Source of the DNA: Dehalococcoidia bacterium UBA6803
GTDB taxonomy: Bacteria; Chloroflexota; Dehalococcoidia; GIF9; AB-539-J10
Direction: 5' to 3'
DNA length: 42,631 nucleotides
Assembly (NCBI GenBank): GCA_002452795.1
Contig: DKFF01000004.1
Coordinates: 1-42,631 of the forward strand
Shown in pieces: positions 27,342-36,252 of the stretch (the first letter of the stretch is position 1; each line of letters starts with the position of its first letter). The translations under genes and the position numbers were made by a program. A model generated the notes under the pieces. The model searched no databases and had not been told where the DNA came from. It worked only from the letters and a program-made list of their open reading frames with translations.

Positions 27342-28541
27342 ATGTTTAGCTTAATTCCATCAGGTAGCATTACTGACGTCCCCGGGTTTTCGTCAGGAGC
27401 AGTGCGTGCTGGCATAAAAAGTACCGGCGAGCTTGATCTGGCGCTCCTCTTCTCCAGAGTGCCCTGTGTTGCTGCCGGTGTATTTACCAGGAACCGGGTG
27501 AAGTCGGCTTCAGTCATTTTATCACGAGAGCATTTAGCGATCGCGTGTGCACAGGCGATCGTAGTGATTTCGGGCTGTGCTAATGCTTGCGTTGGTGAAA
27601 GGGGCATGGTTAATGCCGTAGAAATAGTGGGGCTTGTGGCGGCAAAATTAAGGATATCTCCCGATGATGTTTTGCTGGCTAGCACAGGGGTGATTGGTTC
27701 TCCCTTGCCTATGGTTTGTGTCAGGAGAGGAATTGAGCAAATAGTGCTGAAAGAAAATGGCGGGCATGACATGGCTCGTGCCATGATGACCACGGACACC
27801 GTTGCCAAGGAAGTATCACTGCAAGTCAGGATAGGGGATGTCGATATTACTGTGGCGGGGGTAGCCAAGGGAGTGGGAATGATTCATCCTGATATGGCGA
27901 CCATGCTTTGCTTTGTGGCTACTGATGCGCTGGTGGAAGCGGATTTTTTGCGGGAAGCGTTAAAAAGGGCGGTGGCAATCTCTTTTAACATGATTAGCGT
28001 TGATGGTGATACCAGTACCAACGATTGTGTTTTTCTGCTGGCTAACGGGCTGGCAGGGGGTGAAAGTATCAATTCCCGCAACGGCGGGGTATTCCAGGAA
28101 GCTCTGAATGAGGTCTGTATCCACCTGGCTAAATCTATGGTTCGCGATGGCGAAGGCGCAACCAAACTTATTGAGGTTGTGGTGGAAAGAGCAAAGAATC
28201 AGGAGGAGGCGTGCTGTGCTGCGCGCGCGGTTGCCTCCTCGTTGCTGGTTAAAGCGGCGGTGCATGGCAGTGATCCTAACTGGGGAAGAGTGGTTGCTGC
28301 CCTGGGAAGAAGTGGCGCGCAGGTAAAAGAGAGCAAGCTGGGTATTTGTCTGAACGACGTTTGCCTGATGAAAGAAGGAAACGCTATTCCTTTTGATGCG
28401 GAAAAATTAAAATTGAGCCTGAAGAATAGCGACTGTGTGGTAATAAATGCGGAGCTCGGCCTGGGTAATTCCGGGGCAATAGCCTGGGGCTGCGACCTCT
28501 CCGAAGAGTATGCTACCATAAACAGCGCTTACACAACTTAG
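27342..28541 (+). CDS. argJ: bifunctional glutamate N-acetyltransferase / amino-acid acetyltransferase
   Basis: KGVGMIHPDMATMLCFVATDA contains the autoprocessing Thr. The C-terminus ends ...INSAYTT. Confidence 0.94.
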   Translation: MFSLIPSGSITDVPGFSSGAVRAGIKSTGELDLALLFSRVPCVAAGVFTRNRVKSASVILSREHLAIACAQAIVVISGCANACVGERGMVNAVEIVGLVAAKLRISPDDVLLASTGVIGSPLPMVCVRRGIEQIVLKENGGHDMARAMMTTDTVAKEVSLQVRIGDVDITVAGVAKGVGMIHPDMATMLCFVATDALVEADFLREALKRAVAISFNMISVDGDTSTNDCVFLLANGLAGGESINSRNGGVFQEALNEVCIHLAKSMVRDGEGATKLIEVVVERAKNQEEACCAARAVASSLLVKAAVHGSDPNWGRVVAALGRSGAQVKESKLGICLNDVCLMKEGNAIPFDAEKLKLSLKNSDCVVINAELGLGNSGAIAWGCDLSEEYATINSAYTT

Positions 28542-28557
28542 CTTTGCAGGAAGACTG

Positions 28558-29340
28558 ATGCGGCAAAAAAACGTAGTAGTGGTTAAAATTGGTGGTGGTG
28601 TCTTGGGCAATCGGGATTCCACCATGGAGGATCTGGCGAAGCTTCAAAAGCAGGGTGTTCCTTTGATAGTAATCCATGGTGGTGGGCAGGTGGTTTCCGA
28701 TTGGCTCTCCTGCCTGGGTGTTTCTCCTTGTTTCGTACGGGGGTTAAGGGTAACTGATAAAGAGACCTTGAGAACAGTGGTGGCATTGTTGGGAGGGCTG
28801 GTTAACAAAGAACTGGTGATGGCAATTCAGGCATTGGGAGGGAAAGTCGTGGGATTGAGCGGTTGTGACGGTAATCTTCTGAGAGCGCGGATGAAAGATC
28901 CCGAATTGGGATATGTGGGGGAGATTGTTTCTGTGGACGCTTCTTTGCTGGAGACGCTGCTGGGAGCTGGTTATATTCCTCTGGTTGCTCCCGTGTGCAC
29001 CGGCCTGGTTAATGGGGAAGAATCTCTGTTTAATGTTAATGGCGATAGCGTCGCGGGCGAAATTGCTGGCGCTGTCTCTGCCAGGGAGCTTATTTTTTTA
29101 ACTGATGTTGATGGTATTTACGATGAATCGGGCAAAGCAGTGCCCAAACTTGGTCGCAAAGAAGCAAGAAGAATGGTTGACGCTGGACTAATTTCTGGAG
29201 GGATGATTCCCAAGATAGAGGCAAGCCTTAAGGCGTTGTTGACGACGCGTATTGTTAGAATTATTGATGGCCGAGAGCCCCATGCATTGTTTAACGAAAT
29301 CAGCAGCGAGGTAGGAGGAACCACCATTGTCGCAGAGTAA
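28558..29340 (+). CDS. argB: acetylglutamate kinase
   Basis: Motifs VVVKIGGG, VIHGGG and NVNGDSVAGEIA. Confidence 0.93.
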   Translation: MRQKNVVVVKIGGGVLGNRDSTMEDLAKLQKQGVPLIVIHGGGQVVSDWLSCLGVSPCFVRGLRVTDKETLRTVVALLGGLVNKELVMAIQALGGKVVGLSGCDGNLLRARMKDPELGYVGEIVSVDASLLETLLGAGYIPLVAPVCTGLVNGEESLFNVNGDSVAGEIAGAVSARELIFLTDVDGIYDESGKAVPKLGRKEARRMVDAGLISGGMIPKIEASLKALLTTRIVRIIDGREPHALFNEISSEVGGTTIVAE

Positions 29341-30520
29341 CTGGCAAGAACTGGAGCAGAAGCTTTTTTTAAGAACTTTTAAAAGATTGCCTGTGACGTT
29401 GGTGCGTGGGCAGGGAAGCCGGGTCTGGGATGATGAGAACAGGTGCTATCTTGATTTTGTCAGCGGTTGGGCGGTTAATAGCCTGGGGCATTGCCACCCG
29501 GTTGTGGTTGGGGCGCTGGAGGAGCAGGCACGGAAATTGATACACGTGTCCAATCAATTTTATTCTGTTCCACAACTGGAATTGGCGCAATTGCTGGTGG
29601 AGAATAGTTGTCTGGATAGAGTTTTTTTCTGCAACAGTGGTGCTGAAGCGAATGAAGGAGCGATAAAATTGGCTCGCAGGTACGGGCAAATTCATCTCCA
29701 GGGAGCCTATGAGATAATTACCGCTTGTGATTCTTTTCATGGGCGCACGCTTTTCATGACTGCCGCCACGGGGCAGCACCGGTTTCAGTCTCTCTATGAG
29801 CCTCTGCCTGCCGGGTTCGTGAATGTCCCTTATAACGACGTGGAAGCTGTGCAAAAAGCAACTTCTTCTCAAACATGTGGAGTGCTATTGGAGCCGATTC
29901 AAGGGGAGGGTGGAGTAAATATTCCTGATGCGGGCTATCTGGAGGAAGTGCGGCACTGGTGTGAAGACAAAGGCATTCTCTTTATCCTTGACGAGGTTCA
30001 GACCGGCATCGGACGTACAGGCACTCTTTTTGCTTACGAACAGTTTGGCGTAAAGCCAGACATAATGACGCTGGCTAAAGGATTGGGCTCCGGAGTTCCT
30101 ATCGGGGCTTTTCTGTCCAGAGAGGAATTTTCCGTGTTTTCCCCTGGAGAGCACGGCACCACTTTTGGAGGCAATCCCCTGGTTTGTGCCGCCGCCCATG
30201 CCGCCTTGCAGTTCATTATTGAAAACGATATTCCCGGACACGCTGGAGAAGCAGGAAAGTATTTCGTGGGTAAACTGGAGGAGTTGAAAGAGGAATTTGA
30301 TATGATTAACGATGTGAGAGGGAGAGGGTTGTTGATTGCTCTAGGATTGACCCGCGAAATCGCAGACGAAATAGTGAAGCAATGTCTGGTAAGAGGGCTG
30401 CTTGTTAATAAACTAAAGCCTGACGCACTCAGGTTTATGCCGCCGCTTAATGTTACCTTTGCGGAAATAGATGAGGCGGTAGATATTTTAAGACAGGTTT
30501 TGGCGTTGCAGTTGTCCTGA
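29327..30520 (+). CDS. argD: acetylornithine aminotransferase
   Basis: Motifs FCNSGAEANE, LDEVQTGIGRTG and the PLP lysine in DIMTLAKGLGSG. TTG start overlaps the argB end. Confidence 0.92.
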   Translation: MSQSNWQELEQKLFLRTFKRLPVTLVRGQGSRVWDDENRCYLDFVSGWAVNSLGHCHPVVVGALEEQARKLIHVSNQFYSVPQLELAQLLVENSCLDRVFFCNSGAEANEGAIKLARRYGQIHLQGAYEIITACDSFHGRTLFMTAATGQHRFQSLYEPLPAGFVNVPYNDVEAVQKATSSQTCGVLLEPIQGEGGVNIPDAGYLEEVRHWCEDKGILFILDEVQTGIGRTGTLFAYEQFGVKPDIMTLAKGLGSGVPIGAFLSREEFSVFSPGEHGTTFGGNPLVCAAAHAALQFIIENDIPGHAGEAGKYFVGKLEELKEEFDMINDVRGRGLLIALGLTREIADEIVKQCLVRGLLVNKLKPDALRFMPPLNVTFAEIDEAVDILRQVLALQLS

Positions 30521-30601
30521 TGAGGCGTAGGATATAGGCGGATTGCTGTTGAGATTTTGTATCTCACATATTATGGTTTACATAGAGGGAGGTTAAGAAA
30601 C

Positions 30602-31807
30602 ATGGCAGATAAGGTAATCCTGGCATATAGTGGAGGGCTGGATACGTCGGTTGCCATAAAGTGGCTCAAAGAGAAATATGGGTTTGCTGTTATTACTCTT
30701 ACCGCAAACTTGGGCAATGTGGCTGATCTTTCCGCCATAAAGCAAAAAGCGCTGGATATGGGGGCTGTCAAGGCGTTGGTGGTCGATGTTAAGAAACAGT
30801 TCGTTGAGAGTTTTGTCTTGCCTGCCCTCCAGGCCGATGCCGCATATGAAGGAAAGTATCCTCTGGCCACTGCCCTGGGCCGTCCCCTCATTGCTCAACT
30901 TCTGGTAAATGCAGCCGAGAGTGAACAGGCTATTGCGGTAGTTCATGGCTGTACGGGCAAGGGCAACGACCAGGTACGGCTTGATGTGGGCGTGGCTACT
31001 CTGGCTCCTGCGTTGCAGATACTGGCCCCGGCCAGGGAATGGGGTATGACTCGTGAACAGACGATAGAATACGCCAGGCAGCATAATGTGCCAATCCCCG
31101 TTACGGTAGATAGCCCCTACTCGATTGATGAAAATCTATGGGGCCGCAGTATAGAATGTGGGCTTTTGGAGGATCCATGGAATGAGCCGACTGATGATGT
31201 TTTCGCCTGGACGAAATCGCCGACAGACGCTCCTGATAAACCCGCCTATCTGGAAATTAGCTTCGAGAAAGGGGTTCCTGTGGCGATTAACGGGAAGAAT
31301 TTTGACGGGGTAGCTTTGATACAGAAGGTTCATGAGCAGGCCTGCGAGCACGGCGTGGGCAGGATTGACCACATAGAGAACAGGCTTATCGGGATAAAAT
31401 CACGGGAGATTTACGAAGCGCCAGCGGCAGTGGTCTTGCTTGAGGCGCACCAGGCGTTGGAGGATATGGTGTTAACACGTGAGCAGTTGCGCTTTAAAAC
31501 CCTTGTAGCCGCTGAATATGCTAGCTTGGTCTATAATGGGTTGTGGTTTTCTGGTTTCCGTCGCGATCTGGCCGCCTACGTGGAAAGTACGCAGCAGTAT
31601 GTGACAGGAACAGTGCGACTCAGGCTTTGCAAAGGCAATTGTCACGTAGTGGGTAGGAAATCCCCTTATTCTCTCTACGATTACGGTCTGGCCACTTATG
31701 ACAAGGGCGATGTTTTTGATCAGGGTGCTTCTCCTGGCTTCATTCATCTCTGGGGATTGCCGACGCGAACCCAGGCCAGGGTGCAACGGTTGAAGTTAGA
31801 GGGATAA
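30602..31807 (+). CDS. argG: argininosuccinate synthase
   Basis: Motifs AYSGGLDTS and HGCTGKGNDQVR. I trimmed the start to MADKVILAYSGG (ATG at 30602, SD GAGGGAGG upstream). Confidence 0.94.
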   Translation: MADKVILAYSGGLDTSVAIKWLKEKYGFAVITLTANLGNVADLSAIKQKALDMGAVKALVVDVKKQFVESFVLPALQADAAYEGKYPLATALGRPLIAQLLVNAAESEQAIAVVHGCTGKGNDQVRLDVGVATLAPALQILAPAREWGMTREQTIEYARQHNVPIPVTVDSPYSIDENLWGRSIECGLLEDPWNEPTDDVFAWTKSPTDAPDKPAYLEISFEKGVPVAINGKNFDGVALIQKVHEQACEHGVGRIDHIENRLIGIKSREIYEAPAAVVLLEAHQALEDMVLTREQLRFKTLVAAEYASLVYNGLWFSGFRRDLAAYVESTQQYVTGTVRLRLCKGNCHVVGRKSPYSLYDYGLATYDKGDVFDQGASPGFIHLWGLPTRTQARVQRLKLEG

Positions 31808-32061
31808 TCTCTAAGGGAGGTTCTTCTTTTGCCCGGCGATTTTTTGCGCACAATCACCCCTCAGGGGATCCTGAACCCAGTAACGACGACTACAGGATAA
31901 CCAGAGAGATGGTCTTTGCCTGTATTGTTAATGTAGCCGGCTTATTAGTCACCGAAGTAAATTGTTATCCAAACGGGATGAACTGAGCTGTTGCTCGTGT
32001 TACGATAGGATTAAATTTCGCGTTTATTTGCCATAAATAGCCCAGACAGTCGGAATAGCTA

Positions 32062-32091
32062 TTGACAACGTATGTAGATATAGTTTATTGT
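32062..32091 (+). promoter_or_regulatory. candidate promoter for the DUF5679 mini-gene
   Basis: TTGACA, 18 nt, TATTGT, about 40 nt upstream of the ATG. Confidence 0.35.
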
Positions 32092-32128
32092 GTGCTTTGG
32101 TAGCGATATTACGAAGGAGGTAGATCTG

Positions 32129-32269
32129 ATGCAAGCTTATTGTATGAAATGCCGCGCCAAAAGGGAAATGAAGGACACCAAAAGCGTTGCTTTGAAGAAT
32201 GGCAGGCCGGCGACACAGGGAGTTTGTCCTGTGTGCGGGACTAAGATGTTCAGAATAGGAAAAAGCTAA
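32129..32269 (+). CDS. DUF5679-like small zinc-ribbon protein, 46 aa
   Basis: Below the ORF-track size cut-off. My own translation is MQAYCMKCRAKREMKDTKSVALKNGRPATQGVCPVCGTKMFRIGKS. It carries two CxxC knuckles, a strong SD (GAAGGAGG, 8 nt spacing), and an intrinsic terminator downstream. Confidence 0.8.
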   Translation: MQAYCMKCRAKREMKDTKSVALKNGRPATQGVCPVCGTKMFRIGKS

Positions 32270-32305
32270 GAGAGCCGGCAAACCGGATTTTGTAATATTA
32301 CCCGG

Positions 32306-32343
32306 AAGGCTGGATGCCTAGCAGAGGTATCCAGCCTTTTTGT
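32306..32343 (+). terminator. rho-independent terminator after the DUF5679 gene
   Basis: AGGCTGGAT (13-nt loop) ATCCAGCCT followed by TTTTTG. Confidence 0.75.
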
Positions 32344-32425
32344 TGGTGTTTTTATTCCCTCGATTTATTATGTAGGCGGGAAAGGTCTTTCTCTAAAAAG
32401 AAGAGTTGAAGAAGGTAGCGGAAAA

Positions 32426-33589
32426 TTGAATGATTTTCGCCTGGTGCGAACCTGTTGCGACAGTAATGCTCGGGCGGGCAATTTGGAGACCCTTCATGGG
32501 ATTGTTCCCACACCGGTGTTTTTGCCAGTGGGCACCCAGGCGGCGGTAAAGGCAATAACCCCGGATGATCTCAAGGAAATAGGAGTGCAGATGCTTCTGT
32601 CCAATGCCTATCATGTTTATTTAAGGCCGGGCATGGATGTTATTGAGAAAATGGGAGGACTGCACCGGTTTATGGGTTGGGATGGGGCCATGTTAACCGA
32701 CAGCGGAGGTTACCAAGTATGCAGTCTGGCTCGCTTGCGGCGGATAAGCGAAGAAGGAGTTCTCTTTCGTTCTCATGTCGACGGCAGCGAGCATTTCATA
32801 ACGCCCGAGAAGGCGATACGTATTCAGGAGATTATCGGAGCGGATGTGATCATGGTGCTGGATGAATGTCCTTCTTGTTCGGATGAATTTTCCCGGGTCA
32901 AAGAAGCGGTAGAGAGAACTTGCCGGTGGGCAGAAAGAAGCAAGGAAGCTCATACCCGCAGCGACCAGGCATTGTTTGCCATTATCCAGGGGGGTGTTTT
33001 CTCCGCACTGCGGCGTAAATCGGCAGAGAAATTGGTGGCGCAGGATTTTTCCGGTTATGCGCTCGGTGGACTGAGCATCGGCGAACCCAAAGATTTGATG
33101 CATTCTATGATCGGGGAAACGGTAACTTTACTTCCCGGGAATAAACCGAGATATTTGATGGGAGTGGGCTCTCCTGAAGATGTTGTGGAAGCTGTTTCTA
33201 TGGGTATTGACCTTTTCGACAGCGCTCTGCCTACGCGGGTGGCTCGCAATGGGGCTCTCTTTACCTGGCAAGGCAGGTGCAACATCCGCAACGCTGCTTT
33301 TAGACAGAAAGAAGGGCCTGTCGATCTGGCCTGTGGCTGTTTTACCTGTCGTAATTTCTCTGCCGCATATTTGCATCATTTATTTAAGTGCAGGGAGCTG
33401 TCGGGCTACAGACTGGCCAGCATTCATAACCTGTATTTTATGAATAATTTGATGACTGTGATGCGGGAAGCTATTCTTAACGATTCTTTTCCTTCGTTCC
33501 GTGACAATTTTTTGTCCTGCTACCGGCCTCCTGACGAAGGAGTACGTCTTGCCCAGAAGCGGAAAGGGTTATCTGCCTGGGGTCGCTGA
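32426..33589 (+). CDS. tgt: tRNA-guanosine(34) transglycosylase
   Basis: Motifs ARAGNLETLHGIVPTPVFLPVGTQAAVK, LTDSGGYQ, GLSIGEP and Zn site CGCFTCRNFSAAYLHH. TTG start. Confidence 0.94.
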   Translation: MNDFRLVRTCCDSNARAGNLETLHGIVPTPVFLPVGTQAAVKAITPDDLKEIGVQMLLSNAYHVYLRPGMDVIEKMGGLHRFMGWDGAMLTDSGGYQVCSLARLRRISEEGVLFRSHVDGSEHFITPEKAIRIQEIIGADVIMVLDECPSCSDEFSRVKEAVERTCRWAERSKEAHTRSDQALFAIIQGGVFSALRRKSAEKLVAQDFSGYALGGLSIGEPKDLMHSMIGETVTLLPGNKPRYLMGVGSPEDVVEAVSMGIDLFDSALPTRVARNGALFTWQGRCNIRNAAFRQKEGPVDLACGCFTCRNFSAAYLHHLFKCRELSGYRLASIHNLYFMNNLMTVMREAILNDSFPSFRDNFLSCYRPPDEGVRLAQKRKGLSAWGR

Positions 33590-33599
33590 ATAATATTTA

Positions 33600-34343
33600 T
33601 TGGCAAGAGAAGACATGTTTTCAGACGTACTTTTTAACAACCTGCTCTGGGTCGGCTTTATCCTTGTCAACTTGGCGATTGCTGTCCTTGTTTATCGTCG
33701 TTTTGGAAAAGTCGGGCTCTACGTTCTCATAGTTGCCTCGGTCATTACTGCCAATATCCAGGTAATAAAAACCGTCGAGCTATTCGGTTTTGTGGCGACA
33801 TTGGGTAATGTGCTCTATGGCAGTGTTTTCTTTGCTACTGATATTCTGAGCGAAGTATATGGCAAAAAAGCGGCCAGGAGAGGAGTATGGCTGGGGTTTG
33901 TCGGCATGGCGCTTATGACATTGTGGATGTGGGTGGGCTTGAAGTTTATTCCCCATGCATCGGATTTTTCGCAGGGTTCCCTGCAAACGATTTTTGAACT
34001 GATGCCGAGGATTGCGGTGGGCAGCATGACGGCTTACCTGGTTTCCCAGCATCACGATATTTTTGCCTTCCATTTTTGGAGAAAAAAAACCCGGGGAAAG
34101 TTTCTCTGGCTGAGAAATTGTTTCTCGACAATGGTTTCTCAGGCGATTGATAGTGGTATCTTTTGTCTGATTGCTTTCTGGGGTGTATTTGAAACCGACA
34201 TATGGCTCCAGATCCTGGGAACGACATATTTTCTGAAATGGCTTGTCGCCGTCATTGATACACCGTTTCTGTATCTTGCCAGAAAGAGCAGCCGCAGCGT
34301 ATTGACAAAAGAGCAGGGGGTTGCGCTGGTGGAAGATGAGTGA
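33600..34343 (+). CDS. yhhQ: queuosine-precursor transporter (YhhQ/VUT family)
   Basis: Polytopic membrane protein with GNVLYGSVFFATDILSEVYGKKAARR and VSQAIDSGIF motifs typical of YhhQ. The start is either TTG at 33600 or ATG at 33615. Confidence 0.85.
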   Translation: MAREDMFSDVLFNNLLWVGFILVNLAIAVLVYRRFGKVGLYVLIVASVITANIQVIKTVELFGFVATLGNVLYGSVFFATDILSEVYGKKAARRGVWLGFVGMALMTLWMWVGLKFIPHASDFSQGSLQTIFELMPRIAVGSMTAYLVSQHHDIFAFHFWRKKTRGKFLWLRNCFSTMVSQAIDSGIFCLIAFWGVFETDIWLQILGTTYFLKWLVAVIDTPFLYLARKSSRSVLTKEQGVALVEDE

Positions 34344-34512
34344 CTTCTTATCGGGTATAATTGGACCAACGATGTCTTTGTTTCAGAGGGATACTCTCTA
34401 TTTAGCCCGGGGGCAATGTTGAGGCCTGCTCGTCTTGCGTGATAAGATAGAGCCTCGTGGTGATTGTGGGGCGAGAGCGTTTGCAGATGACAGGTTGTTT
34501 AGCGGGCCTTGA

Positions 34513-35814
34513 ATGATGACGCAGTTAGAATTAGCGCGTAAAGGAATTATTTCTTCGCAGATGAAGGAAGTGGCCCGCATGGAGGGGAGGGAAGAGGCGT
34601 TCATCTTGAAGGGATTGGCCGCTGGTGAGATAGTTCTTCCGGCTAATTTGCGGCACACAGGATTGGTGCCTCGTGGCATTGGAAAGGGACTGCGCACCAA
34701 GGTCAACGTCAATATAGGCACCTCGCCTGATTTTGGCGACCTGGATTCGGAAATGGAGAAGATGCGAATTGCGGTTGATTATGGGGCGGATGCAGTTATG
34801 GATTTAAGCACGGGAGGAGATATCTCCTCCATACGGCAAGCGATTATTGATGCCTGTCCTCTGCCTGTAGGAACCGTTCCCATTTATCAAGCTGGGATTG
34901 ATGCCGTTGATAAGTACGGAGCTATTGTGGACATGACCGCTGATGATATGTTTGCCGCTATAGAGGATCATGCCAGGGATGGTGTTGATTTTATGACTGT
35001 TCATTGTGGTGTTACGCAGGCCTCCATAGCGCGTTTAAAGCAGCAGCGCAGGGTTACCGGTATAGTTTCCCGGGGAGGGGCTTTCCTGGCTGGCTGGATG
35101 CTGCACAGGAACGAAGAGAACCCCCTGTTTTGTCGCTATGACCGTTTACTGGAGATAGCTCATGAATACGACATAGTTTTGAGTCTGGGGGATGGCTTGC
35201 GTCCGGGTAGCTTGGAAGACGCTACCGACAGAGCACAAGTGGAGGAATTGATTATTCTGGGTGAGCTGGTGGAACGTGCGAGGGAAGCAGGTGTTCAGGT
35301 TATAGTGGAAGGACCGGGGCATTTGCCACTGGACCAGGTAGCCTGTAATGTGCAGCTGGAAAAGAGTGTCTGCCGGGGGGCGCCTTTCTATGTTCTGGGT
35401 CCGCTGGTGACCGATATAGGCGCTGGCTACGACCATATTACCGGTGCCATAGGTGGTGCCGTCGCCGCGGCTGCCGGGGCAGATTTCCTATGTTATGTCA
35501 CTCCCACGGAGCATCTTTCCTTGCCTGATGCCGAGGATGTTAAGGAAGGGGTTATCGCTTCCCGGATAGCTGCCCATGCCGGTGACATTGTAAAAGGGGT
35601 GAGCGGTGCCCGAGAATTGGATAAGAATATGGCCAGGGCGCGCCGGAAATTTGACTGGGCTACTCAAGCTGATTTGTCATTGAATCCAGAGCGGGTGCGC
35701 CGTTTTCATGATGTCAAGCATTCTACCTCCGGGCGGGCTTGCAGTATGTGTGGGAAGTATTGTGCCATGGCAATGGTGGAGGAATATCTGGGTGATGCGT
35801 TGAATAGAGAATAA
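34513..35814 (+). CDS. thiC: phosphomethylpyrimidine synthase
   Basis: 433 aa with motifs [14 protein letters not shown] and TVHCGV, plus C-terminal Fe-S motif CSMCGKYC. Confidence 0.95.
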   Translation: MMTQLELARKGIISSQMKEVARMEGREEAFILKGLAAGEIVLPANLRHTGLVPRGIGKGLRTKVNVNIGTSPDFGDLDSEMEKMRIAVDYGADAVMDLSTGGDISSIRQAIIDACPLPVGTVPIYQAGIDAVDKYGAIVDMTADDMFAAIEDHARDGVDFMTVHCGVTQASIARLKQQRRVTGIVSRGGAFLAGWMLHRNEENPLFCRYDRLLEIAHEYDIVLSLGDGLRPGSLEDATDRAQVEELIILGELVERAREAGVQVIVEGPGHLPLDQVACNVQLEKSVCRGAPFYVLGPLVTDIGAGYDHITGAIGGAVAAAAGADFLCYVTPTEHLSLPDAEDVKEGVIASRIAAHAGDIVKGVSGARELDKNMARARRKFDWATQADLSLNPERVRRFHDVKHSTSGRACSMCGKYCAMAMVEEYLGDALNRE

Positions 35815-35850
35815 AGAGAAAAAGATAAGAGAGGAGACAGAAGAGGCTTA

Positions 35851-36252
35851 ATGCATTTGATTATAGACGGTTATGTTGATGACCGCGGTATTCTTAAGGA
35901 CGAAAAATTCCTGCGTGGCTGGCTGGAGGGGTATCCATCCAGGATAGGCATGCAGAGGATTTCCCCCCCCTTCGTCTTCGAATACGGCAAACATAATGTG
36001 GACGACTGGGGGATATCAGGGTTTGTTTTTATTGCGGAGAGCCATATCAGCTTCCACACTTTCGTTGAGCAGAGCTATGTCAATATAGATGTTTTCTCCT
36101 GTAAGGATTTTGACACAGATAAAGCTATCGAAGAATTTCGGGCGGAATTTGGCGCGGTTCGCATGAGGACCTGCGTTATCGATAGAGATTGGCAAGCGGA
36201 AAGAGAGCCAGTGGTATCTGCCGCACCGTCTTTTGCTTATCATGGAGAATGA
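35851..36252 (+). CDS. speH: pyruvoyl-dependent decarboxylase of the class-1 S-adenosylmethionine decarboxylase fold (AdoMetDC proenzyme, or an arginine-decarboxylase paralogue)
   Basis: GISGFVFIAESHISFHTFVEQSYVNIDVFSCKDF carries the E-S self-cleavage site and the SxH/TxxxE context of SpeH/SpeD class 1. Confidence 0.85.
   Translation: MHLIIDGYVDDRGILKDEKFLRGWLEGYPSRIGMQRISPPFVFEYGKHNVDDWGISGFVFIAESHISFHTFVEQSYVNIDVFSCKDFDTDKAIEEFRAEFGAVRMRTCVIDRDWQAEREPVVSAAPSFAYHGE

Noticed and set aside
32344-32425. Possible preQ1 riboswitch upstream of tgt-yhhQ.
   Set aside because: The A-rich stretch CTCTAAAAAGAAGAG is superficially similar to a preQ1-I tail. However, the preceding hairpin and the conserved loop nucleotides of preQ1-I/II are absent.
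34344-34512. Expected TPP (THI-box) riboswitch in the 169-nt leader of thiC.
   Set aside because: I could not find the conserved cores (CUGAGA, ACCUGAUCUGGAUAAUGCCAGCG-like) on the + strand. Only short, statistically weak helices are present (GAGGC 34421..34425 with GCCTC 34452..34456, and GCCCG 34405..34409 with CGGGC 34503..34507). A covariance-model search would settle it, and a hit would overturn this rejection.
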